A program made the position numbers and the translations under genes. From contig CAYVLY010000001.1 of the NCBI GenBank assembly GCA_964452565.1, positions 451,053 to 515,052 of the forward strand: DNA of 64,000 nucleotides, given 5' to 3'. The notes below the pieces were generated by a model that saw only the letters and a program-made list of their open reading frames with translations, had not been told where the DNA came from and made no database searches. Position 1 is the stretch's first letter. Each line of letters starts with the position of its first letter. Positions 20,442 through 29,291 of the stretch are shown here, one piece after another. Origin of the DNA: an uncultured Gammaproteobacteria bacterium (GTDB lineage Bacteria; Patescibacteriota; Patescibacteriia; UBA9934).

Positions 20442-20984
20442 CTACAGTTCAGAAGCAAGAAAAACCCTGAACCAATTATCAGATTTGAATCTTGAAGAAA
20501 ACAACCTAGCCACATAGTCACTAATATTTTTCGAACAGCACCATACACTTCGATGCATCTGCTTAAAGCCTAATCGCTTCAATATGTGCCTAACCTGATT
20601 ACGTAGTCGTTTGTGATCCTCAGGTATATCAAATGAGATCAAACAAATCTGGCCACCTGGTAGATTATTTGCGTTCATTGAGAGCTGCGCCATATATTCC
20701 TCGAACCCTGCCTTAGAAAATGATGTTAAATACCCGTCAGCTATCTTTTTTCTATCGATTAATCTTCTTTTCTCTAACCTCCTAAATTCCTGTCTCCTTA
20801 GTTTAGCCTCTTTTCTGTCTAAGAACTCTCTTGCGCCCTCTATACCAAATCTAACCACCAACCCCGGCCTAGAAAGACCAAAGTGAACATCTTCAATAGC
20901 TTGCCCGATATCAACAAGTATTCTCGCTGTTCTAGAATGAGGTTGAAGAGGCCTTACAGCTTCATTAATTAAACGATCGTTCAT
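20442..20984 (-). CDS. Hypothetical protein whose C-terminal roughly 85 aa resemble the Cas2/VapD fold; the N-terminal roughly 95 aa are a basic helical extension (possibly a PaaX-like regulator family)
   Basis: The C-terminal half ICLISFDIPEDHKRLRNQVRHILKRLGFKQMHRSVWCC...DNWFRVFLASEL follows the Cas2 pattern (beta1-YD[IV], RRR-KV-K-L, G-R-Q-SV[FW]EC, R[IV][FY]-L). No cas1 gene or CRISPR array is in the window. Confidence 0.5.
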   Translation of the reverse strand: MNDRLINEAVRPLQPHSRTARILVDIGQAIEDVHFGLSRPGLVVRFGIEGAREFLDRKEAKLRRQEFRRLEKRRLIDRKKIADGYLTSFSKAGFEEYMAQLSMNANNLPGGQICLISFDIPEDHKRLRNQVRHILKRLGFKQMHRSVWCCSKNISDYVARLFSSRFKSDNWFRVFLASEL

Positions 20985-20999
20985 AAAGTGAAACTTTTA

Positions 21000-21845
21000 T
21001 TAATACAATTTAATTTCATATCCCTCCGATGAGCAAATGACTCTAATATCGCCATGAAGGTCTGTTCTATAGACTTGCACGTTCATCTGATCTAGACGAT
21101 TCAGAACCTCATCATGTGGATGGCCGTAGTCGTTCTCACCAACTGAGATTATCGCCACCTCTGGATCAACTGCTTTGAGAAAATCAACATGCGACGATGT
21201 GTAACTCCCCTGATGCGCAACCTTGAGAATATCTATATCTCCGACATATTCCATGATCGCCAGCTCCTGGTCAGCGCCAATATCACCGGTCAACAAAATT
21301 CGAGTTTCAAAGCATTCGACTAGCATGACGATCGATCCATCATTGGGATCGTCAAGTTGCACCCCTTCGAGGTTCGCGACAGGCCACACGACTTCAATCG
21401 AAACTTGCTCGTCGATCCACAACCTCTCGCCCGACAGCACAGTCGAATCCCTACCCTCGATCAGATCTTCAAACTCATTCGAAAAACTTGTGCCATATTC
21501 TTGCCCACTAACCCAAACACTACCGACCAAATATCTATCAAGTACATCAATCAAACCAGTAAGATGATCAGCATGCGGGTGTGTATTCACAATCAGGTCA
21601 ATCGACCTATCCCAAAACGGCATAACTATGGACAGCTTTTCAACAATCACATTTGATGGTCCGCCATCGATCAATACTTGCATATCGGAGTCGATAAAGA
21701 TTGCATCCCCCTGCCCCACATCAAACACCCACACAGAAACCTCATCACCCCAAGACTGAAATCGGAAAGACTGAATCAGTACTACTATAACCAACGTAAA
21801 AGTTAGGACTGCAATGCTAATGATACGTTTATTTTTGAACTCCAT
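21000..21845 (-). CDS. comEC: ComEC/Rec2 C-terminal metallo-beta-lactamase domain protein (a membrane anchor followed by an MBL fold)
   Basis: VWVFDVGQGDAIFI...IVNTHPHADHLTGL...LKVAHQGS...DYGHPHDEVL are MBL motifs. It overlaps the upstream ORF by 43 nt in a different frame. Confidence 0.75.
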   Translation of the reverse strand: MEFKNKRIISIAVLTFTLVIVVLIQSFRFQSWGDEVSVWVFDVGQGDAIFIDSDMQVLIDGGPSNVIVEKLSIVMPFWDRSIDLIVNTHPHADHLTGLIDVLDRYLVGSVWVSGQEYGTSFSNEFEDLIEGRDSTVLSGERLWIDEQVSIEVVWPVANLEGVQLDDPNDGSIVMLVECFETRILLTGDIGADQELAIMEYVGDIDILKVAHQGSYTSSHVDFLKAVDPEVAIISVGENDYGHPHDEVLNRLDQMNVQVYRTDLHGDIRVICSSEGYEIKLY

Positions 21846-23338
21846 ATTTTGATATTAAGGACCAGCCAACCAAGTAGTGTAATCATGATCACAATCCAAT
21901 GAATCGACTGCATAAACAGATCCAAGCCAGCAAAAGCTTCTACAGTCCAGAGCATCGCAGTGAGTGAAAGCCACGTAGGTGCACTTAGAATCGCAGCGAT
22001 CTTCACACTTATAAGACCCATGCATGTCGCAATAGCACCAGTAGCCATGGCAAGTGGAATCCATGGCAGAACAAACACATTTGCAAATAAACTCACAAGC
22101 GAAAACTCTCCGAATTGCAAAAGTATAACCGGCAAACTCATAAACGTTGCGGCCAAGGTTGCAATAACCGATTCCCTGATCACGAGCTGCTTTGGCAGCC
22201 ACTTCAATCGCTTTTCGATAATCGGAGACAAGTAAATCAGACCAATCGTTGACATCATTGAAAGCTGAAACCCAACATCATCTCGAAGCAACCTTGGATT
22301 GATCATCAACATTATGGAAGCGGTCAAAAGTAATACGTTGATCATGCTGGTACGTCGCCCTGTTTGATTGGCTGTAATCAAAACAATTCCCATTACCCCT
22401 GCTCTAAAAACAGCAGCATCTGCTCCTGCCAACATAATGTATCCAACAACTGCTGCTACTAAGAATGCAAAGGCACGCTGGCGCTTCACGCCAATGGATG
22501 CGAAGAACCCCATTGCAATCCAAAGCACAACTGAAATGTTATAACCTGAGGCCGCAACGATATGAGTAGTCCCTGTTTGTAAGAATCGTTCCTCCCATTC
22601 TTCGCTGAATCGCTGCTCGCCCAACAATAAGCCAACAAGCAAGGACCCATGCGGCTCTCCAAATACTTGATCCAACTTTTTGATAAATGCTGACCGTGCA
22701 TCAAGCAAAATAGACTTCCAGTTCCTATTCCCTTCCTCGATCAAGAAAACATTGTACGTAAAACACGTCGCGTAAATACTTTTCGAAGCTAAGTATCGAT
22801 CGTATGCAAAGTCCTCAATCATTCCAGGCGCCTCAAGCTCACATCGGGCCCTCAGCTGATCGCCATACTCGTACTTAGGATATGGCAAGGTGATGACCTG
22901 AACTCGATCTTCGATCGCAGCATCATTAACGATCAGATTCGACAAAACAATCCGCTGCCAACCATTACTCACTTCAACATCGGCAACAGCGCCATCGATA
23001 ATTAACTCTTGACCTGCATAATTTGCAATCGACTCACTTGAAGGAAAGCTGTGCATATATCGCCATGCACCAACTCCCGATACAAGCAGGCAGATCAAAA
23101 CCAACAGAAAACCAACTTGCCTTACTACTTTAGAAAGCACGATTCCGATCAATGCTATAAAACCTGCGACCCAGATCCACTGCACCTCACTGTTCAAATT
23201 CAAACACCACGACAAAACAGCGATTCCCGCAAGGAACCCGACACATATCGCACGCACTACATTTGATGGTGATACTTTCATAAGCAAAAACCCCCTCTCG
23301 GGGGCTTTTTCTGGCATTTGCATGACGACTTTTGTCAT
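21803..23338 (-). CDS. comEC: ComEC/Rec2 N-terminal part: a DUF4131-like region plus the polytopic competence membrane domain
   Basis: 511 aa with a multi-transmembrane competence-channel architecture. Together with 21000..21845 it equals a full-length ComEC of about 790 aa. It is either a natural split or a frameshift. Confidence 0.75.
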   Translation of the reverse strand: MTKVVMQMPEKAPERGFLLMKVSPSNVVRAICVGFLAGIAVLSWCLNLNSEVQWIWVAGFIALIGIVLSKVVRQVGFLLVLICLLVSGVGAWRYMHSFPSSESIANYAGQELIIDGAVADVEVSNGWQRIVLSNLIVNDAAIEDRVQVITLPYPKYEYGDQLRARCELEAPGMIEDFAYDRYLASKSIYATCFTYNVFLIEEGNRNWKSILLDARSAFIKKLDQVFGEPHGSLLVGLLLGEQRFSEEWEERFLQTGTTHIVAASGYNISVVLWIAMGFFASIGVKRQRAFAFLVAAVVGYIMLAGADAAVFRAGVMGIVLITANQTGRRTSMINVLLLTASIMLMINPRLLRDDVGFQLSMMSTIGLIYLSPIIEKRLKWLPKQLVIRESVIATLAATFMSLPVILLQFGEFSLVSLFANVFVLPWIPLAMATGAIATCMGLISVKIAAILSAPTWLSLTAMLWTVEAFAGLDLFMQSIHWIVIMITLLGWLVLNIKIWSSKINVSLALQS

Positions 23339-23384
23339 TTAAACCATAATAAATACCCCCCTGGGTGTCAATAGCTTAAACCTA

Positions 23385-23452
23385 TGGACCTGAAGGGATT
23401 CGAACCCTTTAGACAAAGTTGACAAAAATCGTCTCGCAAGCCTGCCAGGCCC
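23385..23452 (-). other. tRNA-like fragment with an intact acceptor stem and a canonical T-arm (AAGGG-TTCGAAT-CCCTT) but no foldable D-arm or anticodon arm
   Basis: The minus-strand sequence is gggcctggcaggcttgcgagacgatttttgtcaactttgtctaaagggttcgaatcccttcaggtcca. The acceptor pairs as GGGCCTG/CAGGTCC. Only 36 nt lie between position 8 and the T-arm, and no 5-bp anticodon stem exists. Confidence 0.4.
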
Positions 23453-23550
23453 ATAGATTAAAGCTATCGAACAAAAAACTCCCCAGTGATCGTTCTAGAA
23501 CAATCAATAGGGAGTTTCTTATTCTATTTCAGCATCCAAAAAGACTAGTG

Positions 23551-24783
23551 TCAATGCGACGTGTGGACTTCTGGCTCAAGTGTGAATTTTGTTAGGAATG
23601 TAATACCAAATGCTGCGACTGCTGCAGCAACAAAGGCAACAGATATAGACATATAAATTGTCAAAACTGCAAGCAAGGCTACGATAATAACACGTCCAAA
23701 GGTAAGCGCCATCTCGCGAATCACTGTGAACTCATCAATATAATGGCCTGAGTCAGCTGCCTTCTCGTAAATCATTACGTCTACTGGCGTACGCATAAGA
23801 ATTGATCCAAACGTATGGAAAGTTGAAACAGCAAACACACCAACAACAGAATCAACTAACGCCTTGAAGAACCACCCCAGAGCATACAAATCAACACCCA
23901 CCTTAATCATCTTTCGTTTATGATGATGGTCAATCTGCTTTCCGACTATTAACTGTAAAAGAATATTCACAACAACCAATAATGACGCAAAGATTCCAAT
24001 ATTTAAGTAAGCGCCATCAAACACGATGAACAAGAATATCGGCCAAGCTATATATCCTACAGCACTATCTGCTCCATAAGCCATCATTGAAAGAGTAAGA
24101 TATCTGTAACGCTTCTGAAACATCTTCTTAAACGTTTCGAGGAATCCATACTCATACTGCACATTTGTGCGTGGCAAGAACGACAATGGAATTAGTGATA
24201 GAAGTACAAGGCCAATGCCAACTGCAAATGCTGCCCCATACGAATATGTCGCGATCATGAATCCACCAGCGATCGGTGCTCCAACTCCCACCAACCTTTG
24301 CAAAGCATAGAATATACCAACTTGCTTTCCCCTGTGCTTTTTAGATGAAAACTTTGCAAAGTCAACGTGAAATGGCGCCCAATAAAACGCATTTGTAATT
24401 GCACTGAATGCAATTAGTAACCCTAAAAATGTCCAAGGGTGAAAATCAGGTGCAACATCAAGTAAATAAGCAGTTCCATAAATCGCGATCCAGGAGATCG
24501 TTCCAATAAACATGCTCGCCACTAAGCCTGTGCGTGAAAAAATCTTCGCACCCCAAATGAAAAACGGAATTCTAAATAGGTAATTTGCTGCAAACCACAA
24601 AAGTGTCCACTGCAGATCTAATCCAAAAAACTCGTACAAAAATACTGGGAAGAATATTCCAATAATCTGAGTTGCGCTAAATCCCAAAAGCCGACTTATC
24701 GCAAGCTGAGGTAATGCTCCCAGGTGTCTGACATCAAACTTGTGATGTGTAAGTGGGAATGATTGTTTATGCTGACTCTTCAT
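23551..24783 (-). CDS. MFS-type transporter (12 transmembrane helices)
   Basis: 410 aa, polytopic; the pattern G-x-x-x-D-R/K between transmembrane helices 2 and 3 (RTGLVASMFIG) fits an MFS transporter. Confidence 0.65.
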   Translation of the reverse strand: MKSQHKQSFPLTHHKFDVRHLGALPQLAISRLLGFSATQIIGIFFPVFLYEFFGLDLQWTLLWFAANYLFRIPFFIWGAKIFSRTGLVASMFIGTISWIAIYGTAYLLDVAPDFHPWTFLGLLIAFSAITNAFYWAPFHVDFAKFSSKKHRGKQVGIFYALQRLVGVGAPIAGGFMIATYSYGAAFAVGIGLVLLSLIPLSFLPRTNVQYEYGFLETFKKMFQKRYRYLTLSMMAYGADSAVGYIAWPIFLFIVFDGAYLNIGIFASLLVVVNILLQLIVGKQIDHHHKRKMIKVGVDLYALGWFFKALVDSVVGVFAVSTFHTFGSILMRTPVDVMIYEKAADSGHYIDEFTVIREMALTFGRVIIVALLAVLTIYMSISVAFVAAAVAAFGITFLTKFTLEPEVHTSH

Positions 24784-24865
24784 GCAAATACTATTATAAC
24801 AAAAAGAACCTCAATGGTCTGAGGCTCTCTTGATAATTATTCATCAAGCGTTTTCTGCTCAGTTG

Positions 24866-27800
24866 CTAAACAACGAAGTTGATTAGCCTACCTGGAACAT
24901 AAACTACTTTCTTTACATCGTCCTTGATGTGCTTTGTAACATTCTCATCAGCTTTTGCTAGGTCTTCGACTTCATCCTGAATTGCATCTGGCGCTGCCTG
25001 GACCTCACCACGAAGTTTGCCGTTTACTTGAACTGCAATATTTACAAGCTCATCGACCACAAGCTCCTGATCATACTCAGGCCACTCGCCTTCTTCGAGC
25101 ATCTTCTTTTCACCAAGCTGCTCAGCAAGTTCATTTGCAAGATGTGGCGCAAATGGGCACAAAATCTGTAAGAACCTCTGGAATGTATCTTTTGTAATCG
25201 TATCTGATGCTTGGCACTGATTAACAAATGTCATCATCTGCGCAACTGCAGTGTTGAACCTCATGGTTTCAATATCTTCTGTGACCTTTTTGATCGTCTT
25301 ATGAAGTGCACGTGTAACAAATTCTGGCTCCTTATCTCCAGTCAACTCAGCCAATCGAACTACCCTATCCAAGAATCGCCGAACTCCAACTGATCCATTT
25401 GTATTCCATGGCACAGGCTCTTCAAACGGCCCCATGAACATTTCATAAACACGAAGCGTATCAGCACCATACTTTTCTACAATCTCGTCCGGATTTATTA
25501 CATTGCCCTTGGACTTTGACATCTTGTGACCATCCTCAGCCAAGATCAAACCATGCGAAGTACGCTTTTCATATGGCTCGCTAGTTGGAGCTGCGTCAAT
25601 GTCAAACAAAAACTTATTCCAGAATCGTGAATATAAAAGATGTAGTGTTGTATGCTCCATTCCACCGTTATACCAAGTCACTGGTCCCCAATAATTTAAC
25701 GGGTGGCTCATGTAATCTTTCAGGAACTGAACTTTTTCGTCATCCTCCTTGCCTTCACGAGTCTCTGGGAATGTCTCATGCAAAAAATTATAGTGATGCA
25801 GCATGTACTTTGGAGATAGTGTTTGGAATGACTCACCCCAAAGGAACCCACGCTCAGATAACTCTAAATCTGGCTTATGTAAAATCTGTTGCCTAATCTC
25901 AGGTGGCAAACTCTTATCTCGCAGATGAGTGTAGATATCACCTCCAAGGTGATACGCAGGAACCAACTCAACCATCATTCCGTCCTTTTCAATCCTATTC
26001 CATCCTCGATCTTCTTCATGGACCACAAATCCATCACCACGCAGAATCTCAAGTGCCTTATCAAAGTTTTCTCCAAGAATAAAAAGATCAAGATCGTGCA
26101 TGTGACGCCACAACTCCTTATTAAGTCCATTAATCATTAGTGACCCTGACGCCCAGAGCATAATGTTGTGCTCTGCAAGCAGAGCCTTCATATGCTTGAA
26201 CAAATCAAATAGCTTATGATCTAATTCGTCGGGTTGGATTTCAGCTCGCTTCCATTTATTCACGCCAAACATCTCATTACTCTGCGGTGCAGCATAGCGC
26301 ATAAAGTACCAACTTGATCCTGCCCAGTTTGGCATCACATCAGTTTCACGCCGCGCCGGCTTTCCACACTCAGGACAATCAACACTTACCCAATCTTCTA
26401 TGTTCGAAAGTGGACTCTCGCCGGTATCAGTTGGTTCATACTTATCTACTTCAGGAAGTGTAAGCGGCAATTGCTCCTCGCTCATTGGGAACCATCCGTC
26501 ACCATATCGACTCTTACTCTTACAATGCTCACAATGAACCATTGGAATTGGCTCACCCCAATAACGCTGACGAGAAAAAACCCAGTCACGCAACTTGTAC
26601 TGAACCTTTGATGCCCCAATGCCATAATCCTCAAGCCAATCTGTGATCTTTTTCTTTGCGTCTGCTGTTGAGAGGCCATTCAAGAAATCTGAGTTAATCG
26701 CAGTCCCTTCTCCAGAAAAGCAACAATCAGTCTCTTGAGATCCTTCGACTCCCTCTGGTCGCTCAGGATGACGGATTGCGGTATCCGCGACCGTCACTTC
26801 CACGACTTTTAATCCAAACTTCTGAGCAAACTCGTAGTCACGCTCATCGTGTGCCGGAACTGCCATTATTGCTCCAGTTCCATAGCCTGTCATGACATAA
26901 TCTGCGACCCAGATTGGAATCCTTTCATCTGTGAGCGGATTTAGAGCTTGCAATCCCTTAAGCTCAACTCCTGTCTTTTCTTTTGAAGCATCGCCACGCT
27001 CGAAATCTGATTTTGATGATGCATCTTTGACATATTCTCGAACCTCTTTGATATTTTCAATCTTATCTGAGTGCCTCTCAATCATCCCATGCTCTGGAGC
27101 AATTACCATGTAGGTTGCTCCAAACACAGTATCGGGTCGTGTTGTGAAAACTTCCAAATGATTCTTAGCATGCTCTGGACCATACTCTTCCTCAACAATG
27201 TCAGGGAGTGGGAACTTGATCATTGCCCCCTCTGATCTGCCGATCCAGTTCTTTTGCTGCAGTTTGACTGGTTCGATATAATCCAAAAACTTTAAATCTT
27301 TAATCAACCGATCAGCATACTGAGTAATCCGCAACATCCACTGTTCCTTGCTTCGTTTCTCAACTTCCCCACTACAACGTTCACATGCGCCATTTACAAC
27401 CTCCTCATTTGCAAGTCCAATCTTGCAGTTCAAACACCAGTTGATTGCGACCTTATCTTTGTAAGCAAGTCCGTTTTTGAAAAGCTGCAAAAAGATCCAC
27501 TGCGTCCATTTGTAATACTCGGGATCTGTCGTATTGATCTCGCGCGACCAATCAAAACTAAAACCAAGTGACTGAAGTTGTCTTCGAAATGTATCAGTAT
27601 TTTCTTTTGTAACATCTTGCGGCTTACGACCAGTCTTAATGGCATAGTTCTCTGTTGGAAGACCAAACGCATCCCATCCAATCGGATATAAGACATTGCG
27701 ACCCTCCATGCGCTTTTTGCGCGCGATAATGTCTAGCGCTGTGTAGCTCCTGGGATGACCAATGTGCAGTCCGGCACCTGATGGATATGGAAACTCGATC

Positions 27801-27907
27801 AGAAGATAGTACTTCTCAAGAGTTGGATCATCTTTGGCCTCAAACACGCCGGAATCCATCCAGCGCTTTTGCCATTTCTTTTCAATATTGTTGTGATCGT
27901 AAGGCAT
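24866..27907 (-). CDS. leuS: leucyl-tRNA synthetase carrying a roughly 200-aa in-frame insertion of a LinA/ANT(2'')-like nucleotidyltransferase domain (aa 545-745)
   Basis: HIGH motif (PYPSGAGLHIGHPRSY), a CP1 editing domain, GGMEHTTLHLLYSRFW, and KMSKSKGN. The insertion lies between the Zn-knuckle region and GGMEH; see the findings. Confidence 0.95.
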   Translation of the reverse strand: MPYDHNNIEKKWQKRWMDSGVFEAKDDPTLEKYYLLIEFPYPSGAGLHIGHPRSYTALDIIARKKRMEGRNVLYPIGWDAFGLPTENYAIKTGRKPQDVTKENTDTFRRQLQSLGFSFDWSREINTTDPEYYKWTQWIFLQLFKNGLAYKDKVAINWCLNCKIGLANEEVVNGACERCSGEVEKRSKEQWMLRITQYADRLIKDLKFLDYIEPVKLQQKNWIGRSEGAMIKFPLPDIVEEEYGPEHAKNHLEVFTTRPDTVFGATYMVIAPEHGMIERHSDKIENIKEVREYVKDASSKSDFERGDASKEKTGVELKGLQALNPLTDERIPIWVADYVMTGYGTGAIMAVPAHDERDYEFAQKFGLKVVEVTVADTAIRHPERPEGVEGSQETDCCFSGEGTAINSDFLNGLSTADAKKKITDWLEDYGIGASKVQYKLRDWVFSRQRYWGEPIPMVHCEHCKSKSRYGDGWFPMSEEQLPLTLPEVDKYEPTDTGESPLSNIEDWVSVDCPECGKPARRETDVMPNWAGSSWYFMRYAAPQSNEMFGVNKWKRAEIQPDELDHKLFDLFKHMKALLAEHNIMLWASGSLMINGLNKELWRHMHDLDLFILGENFDKALEILRGDGFVVHEEDRGWNRIEKDGMMVELVPAYHLGGDIYTHLRDKSLPPEIRQQILHKPDLELSERGFLWGESFQTLSPKYMLHHYNFLHETFPETREGKEDDEKVQFLKDYMSHPLNYWGPVTWYNGGMEHTTLHLLYSRFWNKFLFDIDAAPTSEPYEKRTSHGLILAEDGHKMSKSKGNVINPDEIVEKYGADTLRVYEMFMGPFEEPVPWNTNGSVGVRRFLDRVVRLAELTGDKEPEFVTRALHKTIKKVTEDIETMRFNTAVAQMMTFVNQCQASDTITKDTFQRFLQILCPFAPHLANELAEQLGEKKMLEEGEWPEYDQELVVDELVNIAVQVNGKLRGEVQAAPDAIQDEVEDLAKADENVTKHIKDDVKKVVYVPGRLINFVV

Positions 27908-28064
27908 AGTGCATCTAGTTTATCGAAATCCGCTGAAAATGGGAAATACATATCAAGGTTAAGCCCCCGAGGTTCAACCTTGGATGCAAATCCTGCCAAA
28001 CAAAGGCTTTGACAAACCGACCTTAGTACGGCAATGTATAGCCATCCCTTTCAAACCCCTGCCC

Positions 28065-28580
28065 ATGGAGCAAAGCATGCAACATGCACAACGACCCAGT
28101 ATCTCAACCATGATCCTCGTGTCGCTCTTCGTGGTGAGCCTCGCAGTCCTTATGAGGCCCAACGACACCGAGGTAATCGAGAACGCTAGTGACGTGATGG
28201 TCGGGCCGACAGAAGAAGAACACGAGTTCGCCCACACGATCGTCGACAACAACTGCGACGGCCTCAACTGCTTCGCGTACATCGCCAGTCCGCAGGACAC
28301 GGACGATGAACTCTACGACGCAGGCTCTGATCGCGGCCGGTTCGTGCGCCTCATCACCCCACAGGGAGATGATCTCGCATTCGACATCCGCTACGGTGAC
28401 ATCTTCGTAGCGATCGACATCCTGCACTGCCGGGTCGACTCGAACTGCGGTGTGAGACCAATGCAATTCAATGAGGGGTTCGGTCTCATCTTCTACGACG
28501 CGCCCCGAGGAGATCACAAGCAGACCATGCACCCAAACGATCTGCGCTTCAGCCTAGCACCCAAAAAGGAGACGCCATGA
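28065..28580 (+). CDS. Hypothetical secreted or membrane-anchored protein in a GC-rich island; the start is uncertain (28065 or 28104) and the protein contains an HEFAH motif
   Basis: An N-terminal hydrophobic segment MILVSLFVVSLAVLM, 6 Cys, and about 60% GC. The track ORF begins at 27984. Confidence 0.45.
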   Translation: MEQSMQHAQRPSISTMILVSLFVVSLAVLMRPNDTEVIENASDVMVGPTEEEHEFAHTIVDNNCDGLNCFAYIASPQDTDDELYDAGSDRGRFVRLITPQGDDLAFDIRYGDIFVAIDILHCRVDSNCGVRPMQFNEGFGLIFYDAPRGDHKQTMHPNDLRFSLAPKKETP

Positions 28581-29002
28581 ACACTCGACACCTCATCCTC
28601 CTGATCATGACCATGCTCTCTGGCTGCTGGTGGGCTCCTTCGGCCCAAGAGGTCGAGCTGATCCGTGCGATCGACGCAGCCGGCTGCGGCTACAACCACA
28701 AGAGATGCAAGATCTACATAGATCGCCGAGAAGAGAGTGATCCTACTGTCCACCTGGAGTACTTCCGCATTGTGAGCGCGGGGTCACTACGGGCAGGAGA
28801 AGATGTCGACAAGACTTTTGAGATAGCAAAGGGCAGGATCTTTCGCGCTCTTGAAGAACTTGACTGCACGAAAGATGGCCACTGTGGGGTCCGGGTATAC
28901 GTCGTGTGCTCGAACATCGTCTACGCCAAGGTTGCTCACCCCAAGAAACAGCCCATCAACATCAACACCGGCATCGATGCTGACATGCTCAAGGAGGAAT
29001 GA
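28577..29002 (+). CDS. Hypothetical lipoprotein (lipobox LSGC) in the same GC-rich island
   Basis: MNTRHLILLIMTMLSGCWW... is a signal peptide ending in a lipobox cysteine. The protein is 141 aa and about 58% GC. Confidence 0.5.
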   Translation: MNTRHLILLIMTMLSGCWWAPSAQEVELIRAIDAAGCGYNHKRCKIYIDRREESDPTVHLEYFRIVSAGSLRAGEDVDKTFEIAKGRIFRALEELDCTKDGHCGVRVYVVCSNIVYAKVAHPKKQPININTGIDADMLKEE

Positions 29003-29004
29003 TC

Positions 29005-29118
29005 ATGCGGAGGATATGGTTCAAGTTCTGGTTCCAGGTCAACTCGAACATGCCATTGATGATCGTCATCGCACTGATCATCGCAGCTGCCTGGCTCCTG
29101 CCCTATGGCAGCCACTAG
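29005..29118 (+). CDS. Possible 37-aa single-transmembrane small protein, MRRIWFKFWFQVNSNMPLMIVIALIIAAAWLLPYGSH
   Basis: An AAGGAGG motif sits 7 nt upstream of the ATG, and the start overlaps the stop of the preceding gene. The ORF is too short for the ORF track. Confidence 0.3.
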   Translation: MRRIWFKFWFQVNSNMPLMIVIALIIAAAWLLPYGSH

Positions 29119-29291
29119 GCGTTCAATATGCCTGTCTCGCCCGCCCGCGTCCCCACCAGGACGCGGCTTCTGCTTTTCACAGAACCCAGACGCCAGACTT
29201 CAGAACCCAGAAAGGATCTTATCTGTGTTCTGTGTTCTGCCCAAGCACAAGACCCCGACGCGCGGGACGGGGTCGATAGACGGTTGAAACG

